32,000 bases of DNA from Ignicoccus pacificus DSM 13166 (GCA_025340205.1 CP006868.1:810001-842000), one strand, 5' to 3'. Shown: positions 18,272 through 27,018, counted from the stretch's first letter. Numbers and translations: made by a program. The notes: generated by a model from the letters alone, not told the origin.

Positions 18272-20071
18272 ATGAATATTAAAGTTCTAAGGATAAATTT
18301 GAGTAAAGAGAAGTTTGACAAGATAACGCTTGATGAAAGGACTTCAAGACTCTTCATGGGAGGGAAAGGTATTTGTACATACTTGATCTATAAGTATTCT
18401 TCTCCACTAATAGATCCCTTCTCCAAGGATAACGTAGCGGTTATCGCTAGCGGAGCTCTTGCAGGCTATGCTCCGGGATCGGGAAAGACTTGTTTTGGTG
18501 CTGTCTCACCCTTAACGGGCCTTATTCACGACTCTTATGCCGGCGAAGTACTGGGTCCAAAGCTCAAAATGGCCGGCTTCGACGCGATAATGATAGAGGG
18601 TAAGGCATCTGAACCCAAGTATTTGTTAATAGAAAACGAAAACTATGAGTTATTAGATGCAACCGAACTATGGGGACGTAATATAAAGGAGACAACAGAT
18701 GTCCTTAAGGAACGTCATGGAAGAAAGGCCAGTGTGGCTGCCATAGGTCCCGCAGCTGAAAATAGAGTTAGATATGCCTCAATAATAGTGGATTACCATA
18801 GAGCTGCAGGAAGGGGTGGAGTAGGCGCCGTTTGGGGTTCAAAGGGCTTAAAGGCAATAGTGGTAAAGGGGTATTCACCCTTACCAGAACCCGCTAAAGG
18901 TAGGGAAGCGTGGAGGGAACTTGTGAAGAAACTTTACGATAGATTAGGTAGGACCTCTAAGTTCCGTAAATATGGGACGAACAACGGTCTTGTAACGGCT
19001 GATATGCTAGGTATGGCACCCCACTACAACTTCAGATTACCCCATCGCGGTGATGTAGGTGAGCTCAAAGGTGATATAATCATTCAGAAGGCCACTGATA
19101 TTCATAGCCTTGACCCTTCTACCTATGGTTACATGTGTCCCGTGAAGTGTCCCAAAGTAATAAACGGAATTAAGAGCGAATATGAACACTTAGGAATGCT
19201 TGGGGCAGCTGATGGAATATACAAGCTTGATGACGTCTTGAAGGCGATAGACCTTGTTGACAAACTAGGTATTGATAGCATTTCGGCTGGCAACGTAATT
19301 GGATGGTTAATGGAGTCTGTTGAGAAAGGTCTGATCGAAGGACCTAGGTGGGGTGATGGGGAGGCACAAAGAAGGCTCCTAGAAATGATAGCTAAGAGAC
19401 AAGGTATTGGGGCGATACTGGCGGAGGGCGTTAAGAGAGCTTCGGAGATCTTAAACTTTGGGAAGGAGTGGGCGGTTCATGTCAAAGGTCTTGAGGCCCC
19501 TGCTTGGGATCCCAGAGGCCTACTCGGATTCGGCTTAAGCTACGCTACTGCGGATGTAGGTGCTAGCCACTTGAGAGGTTGGCCATCGCCTCACAGACCA
19601 CCGAATAGACCTGTTGTGGAAGCTATCGACTCGCTAATAGCAGGAAGAGATCAAACAAGTGTGACGGATCATATGGGGACTTGTGTATTCCTACCTTATA
19701 CACTTGGAGATTACGCGGCATTGCTTAACATAGTGTATGCTTGGGAGGTCGACGTAGAAGAGCTCAAGATGCTCTCATGGAGGACGGAGAGCTTAGCGAG
19801 ACTTTGGACACTCAGAGCTGGATACAGAAGAGGTGACGATACCGTCCCGCCTAGATGGATGGAACCATCACCTTCTGGACCAGCTAAGGGCCTCAAAGCC
19901 TTCTTAGACTGGGATGATTTAGAGAGGGGCAAAACAGAATACTATAAGAGGAGAGGTTGGAGTCCCAGACATGGTATACCTCTACCTTCTACACTTAGGA
20001 AATTGGAACTGGATTTCGCTATGAAGGATGCAGAGTACTTGATCGAGCACCTTGAACCAGAACTACTTTGA
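18272..20071 (+). CDS. Aldehyde:ferredoxin oxidoreductase family, tungstopterin enzyme, with a non-canonical Fe-S motif
   Basis: 'AGYAPGSGKTCFGAVSPLTGLIHDSYAGEVLGPKLKMAGFDAIMIEG', 'YHRAAGRGGVGAVWGSKGLKAI', 'YMCPVKCPK' and 'DHMGTCVFLPY' are AOR hallmarks. Confidence 0.93.
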   Translation: MNIKVLRINLSKEKFDKITLDERTSRLFMGGKGICTYLIYKYSSPLIDPFSKDNVAVIASGALAGYAPGSGKTCFGAVSPLTGLIHDSYAGEVLGPKLKMAGFDAIMIEGKASEPKYLLIENENYELLDATELWGRNIKETTDVLKERHGRKASVAAIGPAAENRVRYASIIVDYHRAAGRGGVGAVWGSKGLKAIVVKGYSPLPEPAKGREAWRELVKKLYDRLGRTSKFRKYGTNNGLVTADMLGMAPHYNFRLPHRGDVGELKGDIIIQKATDIHSLDPSTYGYMCPVKCPKVINGIKSEYEHLGMLGAADGIYKLDDVLKAIDLVDKLGIDSISAGNVIGWLMESVEKGLIEGPRWGDGEAQRRLLEMIAKRQGIGAILAEGVKRASEILNFGKEWAVHVKGLEAPAWDPRGLLGFGLSYATADVGASHLRGWPSPHRPPNRPVVEAIDSLIAGRDQTSVTDHMGTCVFLPYTLGDYAALLNIVYAWEVDVEELKMLSWRTESLARLWTLRAGYRRGDDTVPPRWMEPSPSGPAKGLKAFLDWDDLERGKTEYYKRRGWSPRHGIPLPSTLRKLELDFAMKDAEYLIEHLEPELL

Positions 20072-20573
20072 TAACACCGACCCCGTGTCTTCCTGTGTAT
20101 CCCACTTCTTTCCCACACATGGAGGGTCCTCCTTAGTTACAACTCAGCTTGGAGTGGTATTACATTGATACTCTCACCAGGTTTGTTTCCTCTGGAAGGG
20201 CTCTGACTATGATACCCCTCTGAAGTTTTGTATAATTTAGTTTTTCAAGAGATGGTTTTCTAGAAATCAATACAAAAAGAAAGTTACAATTATCAACATT
20301 GGAATCTGGGTTAAGGAACTAAGATAAAGATAATTGAAAGAATCTAAGAGGCAGCATCAAGGATGAGAGGTCTTCTTGTTGGAGTTGAAAGAAGGTAGTG
20401 ATGATATTGTAATAATACATCTGAGAGGAGAGCCTCAGAAAAACATCTAACATCGCAATCACAAAGTTGAGTAGGAATAAAGTGGGAACCAGTGGAAATA
20501 AGGGGGTCTATAATATTTGAGTAGCACATAGCCTTAAATGGCACATAATGAAGATATTTAATAGGTGGCGTAA

Positions 20574-21017
20574 GTGGACGAGGAAGTAAAGCGTGAAGTG
20601 GTTGAAGAGACCCAAGAGGAAGTCATCGAGCATCTTGAGAAACTCTATGAAGACGATGAGATAGTGGTCTTGGCAGCTCCTGACGATGCTGAGCTAGAGA
20701 GGCTAATACTGAATATTTTAAAAGAAAAGAGAATGAAGTTTAAGGAACTGAAAGAGGCATTTTCAGCGACTGCAGGTGAGGATAGGCTGAGAAGGGCTTT
20801 GTTGAAGCTTATGGAAGAGGGCAGAGTATACGAACTCCCTGATGGTTCATATACAGCAAACATCGAGGATCTAGAAGCTTTCAGAGAAGCTGCTTTACCC
20901 GAGGCCGTCGAAGCAGCTGATGAGTTCGAGGAGGCAATAGAAGAAATCGAAGAAGAAAACGAGGAGTTCGAAGATTTCGAGGATATAGAAGATATTGAAG
21001 ATTTAGATGAACTCTAA
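20574..21017 (+). CDS. Acidic protein with predicted winged-helix-like core and Glu/Asp-rich C-terminal tail
   Basis: GTG start preceded by an SD-like AGGTGG. Middle 'ERLILNILKEKRMKFKELKEAFSATAGEDRLRRALLKLMEEGRVYELPDGSYTA' looks wHTH-like. Tail 'EEAIEEIEEENEEFEDFEDIEDIEDLDEL'. Confidence 0.7.
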   Translation: MDEEVKREVVEETQEEVIEHLEKLYEDDEIVVLAAPDDAELERLILNILKEKRMKFKELKEAFSATAGEDRLRRALLKLMEEGRVYELPDGSYTANIEDLEAFREAALPEAVEAADEFEEAIEEIEEENEEFEDFEDIEDIEDLDEL

Positions 21018-21022
21018 AGTAC

Positions 21023-21418
21023 TCATTCTTCCATACTCTTAATTTCTTCAAGTCTCCTCTTGATAATCGATGCTAGCTCTTCTCCATAATATTTCTTTAT
21101 CTCCTCTATAAGGTCCTCAACGACTCTTTCGTGTTGTTTAAGTAACCGTAGAACTTCCCCGAACTCTTTACTTTCAAAGAACTTCTTCAAGTTCTCCGTA
21201 GGGTCTGGATTTTCAAATGAGCTGAACTTGAATTTATTTTCAGCTACCCAGACCATCTTCCTTAGTTCTGATACATTCCTTGGTTCTAATTCGTCTTGGT
21301 GTTTGGCTAAGATGACGTTGAATATTTGCCTCAAGAAGTCAGGCTTCCTAGTCATAGTCGTTCCCCATACAGGCCTCCTTTCATCCCTATTGAGGTCTAG
21401 CCCGGATTCTTCGGACAT
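21023..21418 (-). CDS. Hypothetical helical protein
   Basis: 131-aa ORF (possible start at 21355, MTRKPDFL...). Convergent with the acidic protein gene, leaving 5 nt between stops. No recognised domain. Confidence 0.6.
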   Translation of the reverse strand: MSEESGLDLNRDERRPVWGTTMTRKPDFLRQIFNVILAKHQDELEPRNVSELRKMVWVAENKFKFSSFENPDPTENLKKFFESKEFGEVLRLLKQHERVVEDLIEEIKKYYGEELASIIKRRLEEIKSMEE

Positions 21419-21472
21419 CCTCAGGATATGGAAAAGAGAAAAACGTAATAATATATGAGATGAGAAACGTGA

Positions 21473-21709
21473 TTACTGTTGTTCCTCTTGCTTCTGCTCC
21501 TTCTGTTCAGCGAGCTTCTTGGGATAGGCCCTTATCTCCCCAGTTTCGGGATTTATCTCAAGAATGTAATCTCTATCATACCTCTCTACGATGTGTTTTG
21601 GTATATAGATGTTGAGAGGCAAAGTGTAGTAGGTATACTTGTACTCTTTGTTGTTCACGATTTTCCTACCAAGAACCTCTCTGACCTTCACTTGCCTCCT
21701 TCTTACCAT
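21473..21709 (-). CDS. Small basic conserved-looking archaeal hypothetical protein
   Basis: 78 aa, 'MVRRRQVKVREVLGRKIVNNKEYKYTYYTLPLNIYIPKHIVERYDRDYILEINPETGEIRAYPKK'. TATA-like TTTTTAAAT about 30 nt upstream on the minus strand. Confidence 0.7.
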   Translation of the reverse strand: MVRRRQVKVREVLGRKIVNNKEYKYTYYTLPLNIYIPKHIVERYDRDYILEINPETGEIRAYPKKLAEQKEQKQEEQQ

Positions 21710-21811
21710 CCTTTCTACCCCTTAGTGCTACAAAAAAGAGATTTAAAAATAATGTGTGAAAACAACCACAAGTAATACGCGAGATCGCTCAACCCATATG
21801 AAATAGCACAT

Positions 21812-23182
21812 TTATTTAGAACGACGTTTGTACTGAAAAGTTTCATTAAGCTTTTTAGTCTGTAGCTCTTCTCTTAGTTTAGACATACAAGAGTATAGGA
21901 GTTTGAGCGCTTTGGGATGAGTGACTGGAGGTTTATGGGATTTCATCTCCTCATCGTATTCCTCTGGAGGAATGCAAGGTATGCATGAGAGACCGAGTTC
22001 CTTACATGCTTCCATAACGGCTTTGAAGCTTTCACTATCAGGTTTCAGATATACGGCAATTATCTTGTACTTATGAGCGTGCGCTTTCAAGAACCTTCTT
22101 ACTCTTTCTCTTATTACGTCTACGTAGAGTTTCTTTATCTCTTCAGTTTCTTCCCACTCGGGCCAATCATAGCTATTAAATGGATAATCGTTAGCGAATT
22201 CTTCCGGAATGACGCCAGGCGAACTAATGGCAACTAGGTGCGTTCTCCTCCTCATACCGACCCTTCTTAGAACATTGAGAATAGCTTTCCAAGTTTTGCT
22301 CTTATAATATGGTTTCCTGTAGGAGCAAGGAACGAAGAGCAAGACATCCTTTTTCGGAGGCTCATAGAAGTTAGTGAGGTATTCCATCCAGACTTCGTAA
22401 TAAGGATGTAAGAGGGTCTCCTCATTAGCTCCAATAATTTTCTTCCTTAGATATTTGGGAAACTTAGGTTTAAAGGCGAAGTTATTGAACTCTATTTGTA
22501 CTCTTGGGTCCCGAAGGTAGGGTGTGATTACTTCTATGAATTCGTTGTAAGGTAATGGGTGCCATTCACCTCTAATCCATTTTATGAAGAGTGGACTCTC
22601 GGAGTGAGGATAAGTATTTATTATGACTACCTCATCGGAGTACTTGAGTGCAATTTCCATAGTCTTTGGAAACAACTTTTTCCAATTGGGTACCGGAGGA
22701 TTTACGAGGACATATGTTTTCACCTTTACGCCTAGGTTACGTAGCATCAGCGTAATTGAGATAAACTTTTCTACAGTCATCGCGGGGTACTTACCCAACT
22801 CCTTTAACGCTTCGTTGTCAGCAACTTCCAGCCCTAACGCTACTATCAACTCATAGGATCTATTGAGAAATGGCTGAAGCCTCTCATATGTAATATAATC
22901 TGGTAGACTCTCTACCTGGAGCTCAACCGTGCACGTTCTATCAATTTTCTCAGCTAACCAAAGTTGAAAATACCTAGGAAACTGAGATTCATCAAATATG
23001 CTTCCTGAAGTATATATCTTCAACCTCTTTGGAGGTGGGGAGAGAGCCTTTTCTACCTTCCTCATAAGATTTTCTATACTATCCTTCCCGGTCCTCTTCC
23101 CCCATCCACACATAACACAACGTCCCCAGGAACACTTGCCTACGTTGGCGACGACACTCCTCTCTCTTACGTGCCAGCACAT
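21812..23182 (-). CDS. Fusion protein: RaSEA/Elp3-like radical SAM domain plus ArcS-like (DUF5591-type) core domain; candidate single-chain archaeosine synthase
   Basis: N-terminal 'VVANVGKCSWGRCVMCGWG' (CX4CX2C) and 'IYTSGSIFDESQFP...VELQVESLPDYIT'. From 22348 to 21812, 'DVLLFVPCSYRKPYYKSKTWKAIL....HLVAISSPGVIPEEFANDYPFNSYDWPEW...EE' matches ArcS core motifs. Start at 23182 (MCWHVRERSVVANVG) is preferred; the track start at 23269 overlaps the divergent gene. Confidence 0.8.
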   Translation of the reverse strand: MCWHVRERSVVANVGKCSWGRCVMCGWGKRTGKDSIENLMRKVEKALSPPPKRLKIYTSGSIFDESQFPRYFQLWLAEKIDRTCTVELQVESLPDYITYERLQPFLNRSYELIVALGLEVADNEALKELGKYPAMTVEKFISITLMLRNLGVKVKTYVLVNPPVPNWKKLFPKTMEIALKYSDEVVIINTYPHSESPLFIKWIRGEWHPLPYNEFIEVITPYLRDPRVQIEFNNFAFKPKFPKYLRKKIIGANEETLLHPYYEVWMEYLTNFYEPPKKDVLLFVPCSYRKPYYKSKTWKAILNVLRRVGMRRRTHLVAISSPGVIPEEFANDYPFNSYDWPEWEETEEIKKLYVDVIRERVRRFLKAHAHKYKIIAVYLKPDSESFKAVMEACKELGLSCIPCIPPEEYDEEMKSHKPPVTHPKALKLLYSCMSKLREELQTKKLNETFQYKRRSK

Positions 23183-23202
23183 AATATTTTGCCCTAACCC
23201 CC

Positions 23203-23216
23203 TTTCCCCGGGGAAA
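23203..23216. promoter_or_regulatory. Perfect 14-bp palindrome TTTCCCCGGGGAAA between divergent promoters
   Basis: Sequence equals its own reverse complement. It lies between TATA-like elements at 23191-23200 (ATAATATTTT, + gene) and 23214-23220 (minus TTTATTT). Confidence 0.45.
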
Positions 23217-23236
23217 TAAAGGCTGAGGTGGGACGT

Positions 23237-23458
23237 ATGGACCCAAAGAAAATCCCATTGAAATCTCAAGATATTTTGATAATAATGATAGTGGTAATAG
23301 TGATACTATGGACGTTTGGGCTAAATGTTATACCGTATACAATTCTAACTTGGATAACCACGGCATTTATGGTATTCATGATGACACTAGCTTTGATAGC
23401 TCCTACGGGCGATGAGGAAGAAGAAAAAGCTGAAAAAGGCGAAGAGAAGGCCCCATAA
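23237..23458 (+). CDS. Small membrane protein with acidic/basic C-terminal tail, unknown function
   Basis: 73 aa, two hydrophobic stretches 'ILIIMIVVIVILWTFGL' and 'TAFMVFMMTLALIAP' then 'GDEEEEKAEKGEEKAP'. ATG at 23237 preceded by SD-like GAGGTG. Confidence 0.65.
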   Translation: MDPKKIPLKSQDILIIMIVVIVILWTFGLNVIPYTILTWITTAFMVFMMTLALIAPTGDEEEEKAEKGEEKAP

Positions 23459-23459
23459 T

Positions 23460-23533
23460 GGGGCCGTCGTCTAGCTTGGTAGGATGCGGGGCTTGGGCCC
23501 CCGTGGTCCGGGGTTCAAATCCCCGCGGCCCCA
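23460..23533 (+). tRNA. tRNA-Pro (anticodon TGG)
   Basis: 7-bp acceptor GGGGCCG/CGGCCCC, anticodon arm CGGGG-CTTGGGC-CCCCG, T arm CGGGG-TTCAAAT-CCCCG, discriminator A, no encoded CCA, 74 nt. Confidence 0.95.
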
Positions 23534-23697
23534 CTAGATATTCGTAACTACCCTCTTCTGAGGTAATAGTAAAAACAGATAAGTAGAAAATTGGTTCGGT
23601 GAAATACATAGATGCTTGCAAAATTAAACTAGGAAACGACACATGCAGCAGATACTCTATACGTAGAAGTTTGAATCCTAGGTTCTAAAAACAAGAC

Positions 23698-23973
23698 TTA
23701 GTAGGACAATCTGTGAACAGTTTCTATCTCTACTTCACTAACTCCTTCAACGTTCTTCAGTATCTCCTCTAGTTTGCTAGTCCCGCCCTCAGTTTCCTCA
23801 GGCATGGTTATGTAGAGCTTGAGTAAGTTCAAACCGAAAGCCACAGGTATCCTTTCATGCTTGGCAACCTCGTATCCTTCCGGAAGAGCCTTCTTTATGT
23901 CCTCTAAGAGCTCATTTAGATCCTTCTCGACGCTTTCAGGGTATACCTTAGTAACGACCAATACTTTTACCAT
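23698..23973 (-). CDS. Archaeal elongation factor 1-beta (aEF-1B)
   Basis: 'MVKVLVVTKVYPESVEKDLNELLEDIKKALPEGYEVAKHERIPVAFGLNLLKLYITMPEETEGGTSKLEEILKNVEGVSEVEIETVHRL' is the full aEF-1beta pattern. ATG at 23973. Confidence 0.93.
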   Translation of the reverse strand: MVKVLVVTKVYPESVEKDLNELLEDIKKALPEGYEVAKHERIPVAFGLNLLKLYITMPEETEGGTSKLEEILKNVEGVSEVEIETVHRLSY

Positions 23974-23983
23974 AGTACTCACC

Positions 23984-24160
23984 TCATGGTCCTTCGAATC
24001 CACACTTGGGGCATTTATAGGGCTTAGTCTGCTTCCTGCAGCTAGGGCACCTCCATATCACTACCTCGCCACAATTAGGACACTTGAAGCTTACGCCTAC
24101 CTCCTTACCCTTAGGTACCACAAGTCTGTTGCAACTGGTGCATATCGGCGGTCGCGCCAT
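23984..24160 (-). CDS. Small zinc-ribbon RNA-binding-type protein (58 aa)
   Basis: Four CxxC knuckles: CTSC, CPNC, CPSC and CPKC. The ATG at 24160 is chosen over the 24547 track start. 10 nt upstream of aEF-1beta. Confidence 0.85.
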   Translation of the reverse strand: MARPPICTSCNRLVVPKGKEVGVSFKCPNCGEVVIWRCPSCRKQTKPYKCPKCGFEGP

Positions 24161-24218
24161 CTCCTCTTGTTCAACCCTCAAGCTCACGACTTCCGCACCC
24201 GCTGGCCTCCTTCGCTGA

Positions 24219-24809
24219 ATGGTTAATAATAAGTACTGTCCGAGCTTCACGGTGTCGAGCCTATTGGAGTTTGAAATTAAGCTGAGGATAGAGGATCCAC
24301 AAAGGATTGAAGAGACGCTACTCAAGCTTGGTGGGGAGTTTATGGGCACTAGAGTGGAGATAGACACGTACTTCAACTTTGACTGTAATGGTGGGTGTTG
24401 TAGAAACTTTGCCGAAACCGATGAGGCTATCAGACTTAGATTGAGGGATAGTAAGTGCATTCTGACGTACAAGGGACCTAGGATATCCAAGGAGGTAAAA
24501 GCTAGAGAAGAGATAGAAGTGGAAGTGGGTGACTGTAATGCAATCACGAAGATCTTGGAGAAGATGTGCTTGAAGCCGGTAGCTCAAGTCAAGAAAAAGA
24601 GAAGATATTGGAAATTAGGTAATGCCACAATAACTATAGATTACGTTGAAGAACTCGGTACATTTATGGAGATTGAAGTTGTCGGTGAGGATGCAAGTGA
24701 AGCGAGATCCATCATTGATGACTTAAGGAGGAGGATAGCTCCCTCATCTGAAGTGGTTGAGGAAACGTATCTCGAGATGTTACTGAAGAAGAGGGGAATA
24801 TCCCTCTAA
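24219..24809 (+). CDS. CYTH-domain protein (class IV adenylate cyclase/CyaB-like, triphosphate tunnel fold)
   Basis: 'EFEIKLRI' (ExExK), '[17 protein letters not shown]', 'REEIEVEV', 'KKRRYWKL...[17 protein letters not shown]' follow the CYTH order. A start near 24264 is also plausible. Confidence 0.85.
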   Translation: MVNNKYCPSFTVSSLLEFEIKLRIEDPQRIEETLLKLGGEFMGTRVEIDTYFNFDCNGGCCRNFAETDEAIRLRLRDSKCILTYKGPRISKEVKAREEIEVEVGDCNAITKILEKMCLKPVAQVKKKRRYWKLGNATITIDYVEELGTFMEIEVVGEDASEARSIIDDLRRRIAPSSEVVEETYLEMLLKKRGISL

Positions 24810-24847
24810 GAGGGATCTCCGATTTTTTATGGAAGTGTTAAAAAAGC

Positions 24848-26176
24848 TTACTTCTTCAGCTTTAGCTCTACTTGCATGGGCTCGACGTCGGTGACTATTC
24901 CTATGCCGACAGTCTTACCCATGTCTCTCATGGCGAACCTTCCTAGCGGCGGTATGTCCTGGAACTTCTCGATAACCATGGGCTTTAGTGGCTTGAACTT
25001 CACTATAGCGGCGTCACCGACCTTCAAGAAGCTGGGGTTCTCCTCGACGACCTTACCGGTCCTGGGGTCTAGCTTCTGCTTGATCTCTATGATCCTACAA
25101 GCGACGCTGGCGGTGTGGGCGTGAACTACGGGAGTGTAGCCTATAGCCACAGCGCTAGGGTGCCAGATAATGAACACTCTGGCAGTGAAGGTGTTGGCCA
25201 CGGTCGGAGGCTTGTCAGGATGACCGGCGACGTCACCTCTCTTGATGTCGTTCTTGCTCACGCCTCTGACGTTGAATCCGATGTTGTCACCGGGCTTAGC
25301 CTCTTGTACCTTCTCGTGATGCATCTCAATGGATCTCACTTCTCCGCCGACGCCCGGAGGCATGAAGACTACCTTGTCGCCTACCCTTAGTACACCAGTC
25401 TCCACCCTTCCTACGGGTACGGTACCAACTCCGGTGATGCTGTATACATCCTGGATGGGTATCCTCAGAGGCAGCTTCATCCACTTCTCAACGCTCGGAG
25501 GCTGTAGTTGGTCTAGGGCCTCCACGAGGGTGGGTCCCTTGTACCAAGGCATGTTTTCGCTCCTCTTGATGATGTTGTCGCCGGTCCAAGCACTGACAGG
25601 GATGAAGGGTATCTGGTCGACCTTGTAGCCTAGTCCCTTCATGAACTTCTTTAGAGTCTCGACTATCTGCTTGTACCTCTTCTCGCTCCACGGAGGCTCA
25701 GTGGCATCCATCTTGTTCACGGCAACGATTATCTGATCGATACCCATAGTCTTGGCCAGCAGTATGTGCTCCCTGGTCTGCCCCTCGGCACTCATACCGC
25801 TCTCGAACTCACCTGGCCTAGCGCTTACGACTAGGATAGCAGCATCGGCTTGGCTGGCACCAGTGATCATGTTCTTGATGAAGTCTCTGTGACCAGGGGC
25901 GTCGATGATAGTGAAGTAATACTTCGGGGTCTCGAACTTCATGAAGGTTAGGTCTATGGTGACTCCTCTCTCCCTCTCCTCCTTCAGCTTGTCTAGTAGC
26001 CAAGCATACTTGAAGCTCTCCTTACCCCTCTTCTTAGCCTCCTCCTCTAGCATCTTTAGGGTCTTCTCGTCGACGAATCCTAGCTCGTACAGCAAGTGAC
26101 CCACTAGGGTGCTCTTACCGTGGTCTACGTGGCCTATCACTACCAAGTTCATGTGAGGCTTCTCCTTCTTGCTCAC
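24848..26176 (-). CDS. tuf: Elongation factor 1-alpha
   Basis: '[23 protein letters not shown]', 'RGVTIDLTF', '[30 protein letters not shown]' and 'VNKMD' are diagnostic. Confidence 0.98.
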   Translation of the reverse strand: MSKKEKPHMNLVVIGHVDHGKSTLVGHLLYELGFVDEKTLKMLEEEAKKRGKESFKYAWLLDKLKEERERGVTIDLTFMKFETPKYYFTIIDAPGHRDFIKNMITGASQADAAILVVSARPGEFESGMSAEGQTREHILLAKTMGIDQIIVAVNKMDATEPPWSEKRYKQIVETLKKFMKGLGYKVDQIPFIPVSAWTGDNIIKRSENMPWYKGPTLVEALDQLQPPSVEKWMKLPLRIPIQDVYSITGVGTVPVGRVETGVLRVGDKVVFMPPGVGGEVRSIEMHHEKVQEAKPGDNIGFNVRGVSKNDIKRGDVAGHPDKPPTVANTFTARVFIIWHPSAVAIGYTPVVHAHTASVACRIIEIKQKLDPRTGKVVEENPSFLKVGDAAIVKFKPLKPMVIEKFQDIPPLGRFAMRDMGKTVGIGIVTDVEPMQVELKLKK

Positions 26177-26268
26177 TCTCTATCCCTCCGCATGGGGTGC
26201 GGGGAGTACGTCTATTAAATATTAAGCGTGTAAGGGTCCCCATGAGCATAGTACTTCGAACCAGGTGA

Positions 26269-27018
26269 GTGCTCATGGTTACTATAGTCTACTATCCGGG
26301 AGATATAGCCGCTAAAGGGACGGCGGAGATATTGGAAAGAGAGTATTCAATAAAAGTGACTCCAATACCCAATGATTCACCCTTCCATGATTTCTCCGAT
26401 ATCGATGACGACGTCATAATAGTCTTGTCCAGGCATAAGAGCTCTAAGGAGATTAAGAGTTTCACCGTTCATCATACAGGCAACATTGGTCCAACTAATG
26501 AGCTAGGCGGAAAACCAAGAGAGGTAAGCATCGCCTTTCCATCAATAGCTTGTTCCTTACTTAGATCTCTTAAAGATGCGGCAAGGGATCGTGAAGATTA
26601 CGAGGTAGCATATGAAGCAACACACCATGGACCTACAGTAAATAAGGCGATAATATTCATTGAAATAGGGTCTAGCGAAAAGCAATGGGGTGACCCCAAG
26701 AACCATTATGTGCTGGCAAAAGCGGTGGCGCGTTACAAGGATTTTGGATGTAGTGGCATAAGGAGCATATGGATAGGAGGTCCTCATTATTCTTCGAGAG
26801 CATCTAAGAGATGTTTTAGCGATGAAGCGTGTTTCGGTCACATAGTAGCGAAATATAATGTTCCCTATCTTGATGATGAGATGCTGAAGAAGATCGTTGA
26901 GAAAAGTATGGAGAAGATAGAGAGGGCATATTTAGAGAAGAAGTCGATGAAATCAGAACAACGTAAGCATGTGAGGAACTTGTTAGAGGAATGGGGGATA
27001 GAAGTAGTTAGCGTCTAA
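26269..27018 (+). CDS. dtdA: D-aminoacyl-tRNA deacylase, GEK1/DtdA family
   Basis: 'VVLSRHKS...SFTVHHTGN', 'YEATHHGPT' and 'EIGSSEKQW' are family motifs. Start is GTG 26269 or ATG 26275. Confidence 0.92.
   Translation: MLMVTIVYYPGDIAAKGTAEILEREYSIKVTPIPNDSPFHDFSDIDDDVIIVLSRHKSSKEIKSFTVHHTGNIGPTNELGGKPREVSIAFPSIACSLLRSLKDAARDREDYEVAYEATHHGPTVNKAIIFIEIGSSEKQWGDPKNHYVLAKAVARYKDFGCSGIRSIWIGGPHYSSRASKRCFSDEACFGHIVAKYNVPYLDDEMLKKIVEKSMEKIERAYLEKKSMKSEQRKHVRNLLEEWGIEVVSV

Noticed and set aside
20395-20460. Possible second C/D sRNA (GTGATGA ... CTGA)
   Set aside because: Only the C and D' elements are present; I found no convincing C' or terminal D box on either strand.
20344-20544. 66-aa minus ORF in the intergenic gap
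   Set aside because: No domain, no clear start signal and cysteine-rich random-looking composition. Kept only as part of the unexplained gap.
23403-23642. 79-aa minus ORF over the tRNA
   Set aside because: Its 'VGPRGFEPRTTGA' segment is the well-known spurious translation of a tRNA gene antisense strand.
23984-24547. 187-aa minus ORF as a full-length gene
   Set aside because: Only the last 58 aa make sense (zinc ribbon). The N-terminal part is antisense to the CYTH-domain gene; the true start is ATG 24160.
24876-25691. Several ORFs antisense to or in other frames over EF-1alpha (24876..25124, 25115..25390, 25329..25628, 25488..25691)
   Set aside because: Shadow frames of a highly conserved, codon-biased gene, with no independent support.
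26190-26215. Hairpin-like CTCCGCA...TGCGGGGAG upstream of EF-1alpha
   Set aside because: Short and imperfect, and within a small divergent promoter gap. Not enough to call a riboregulator.
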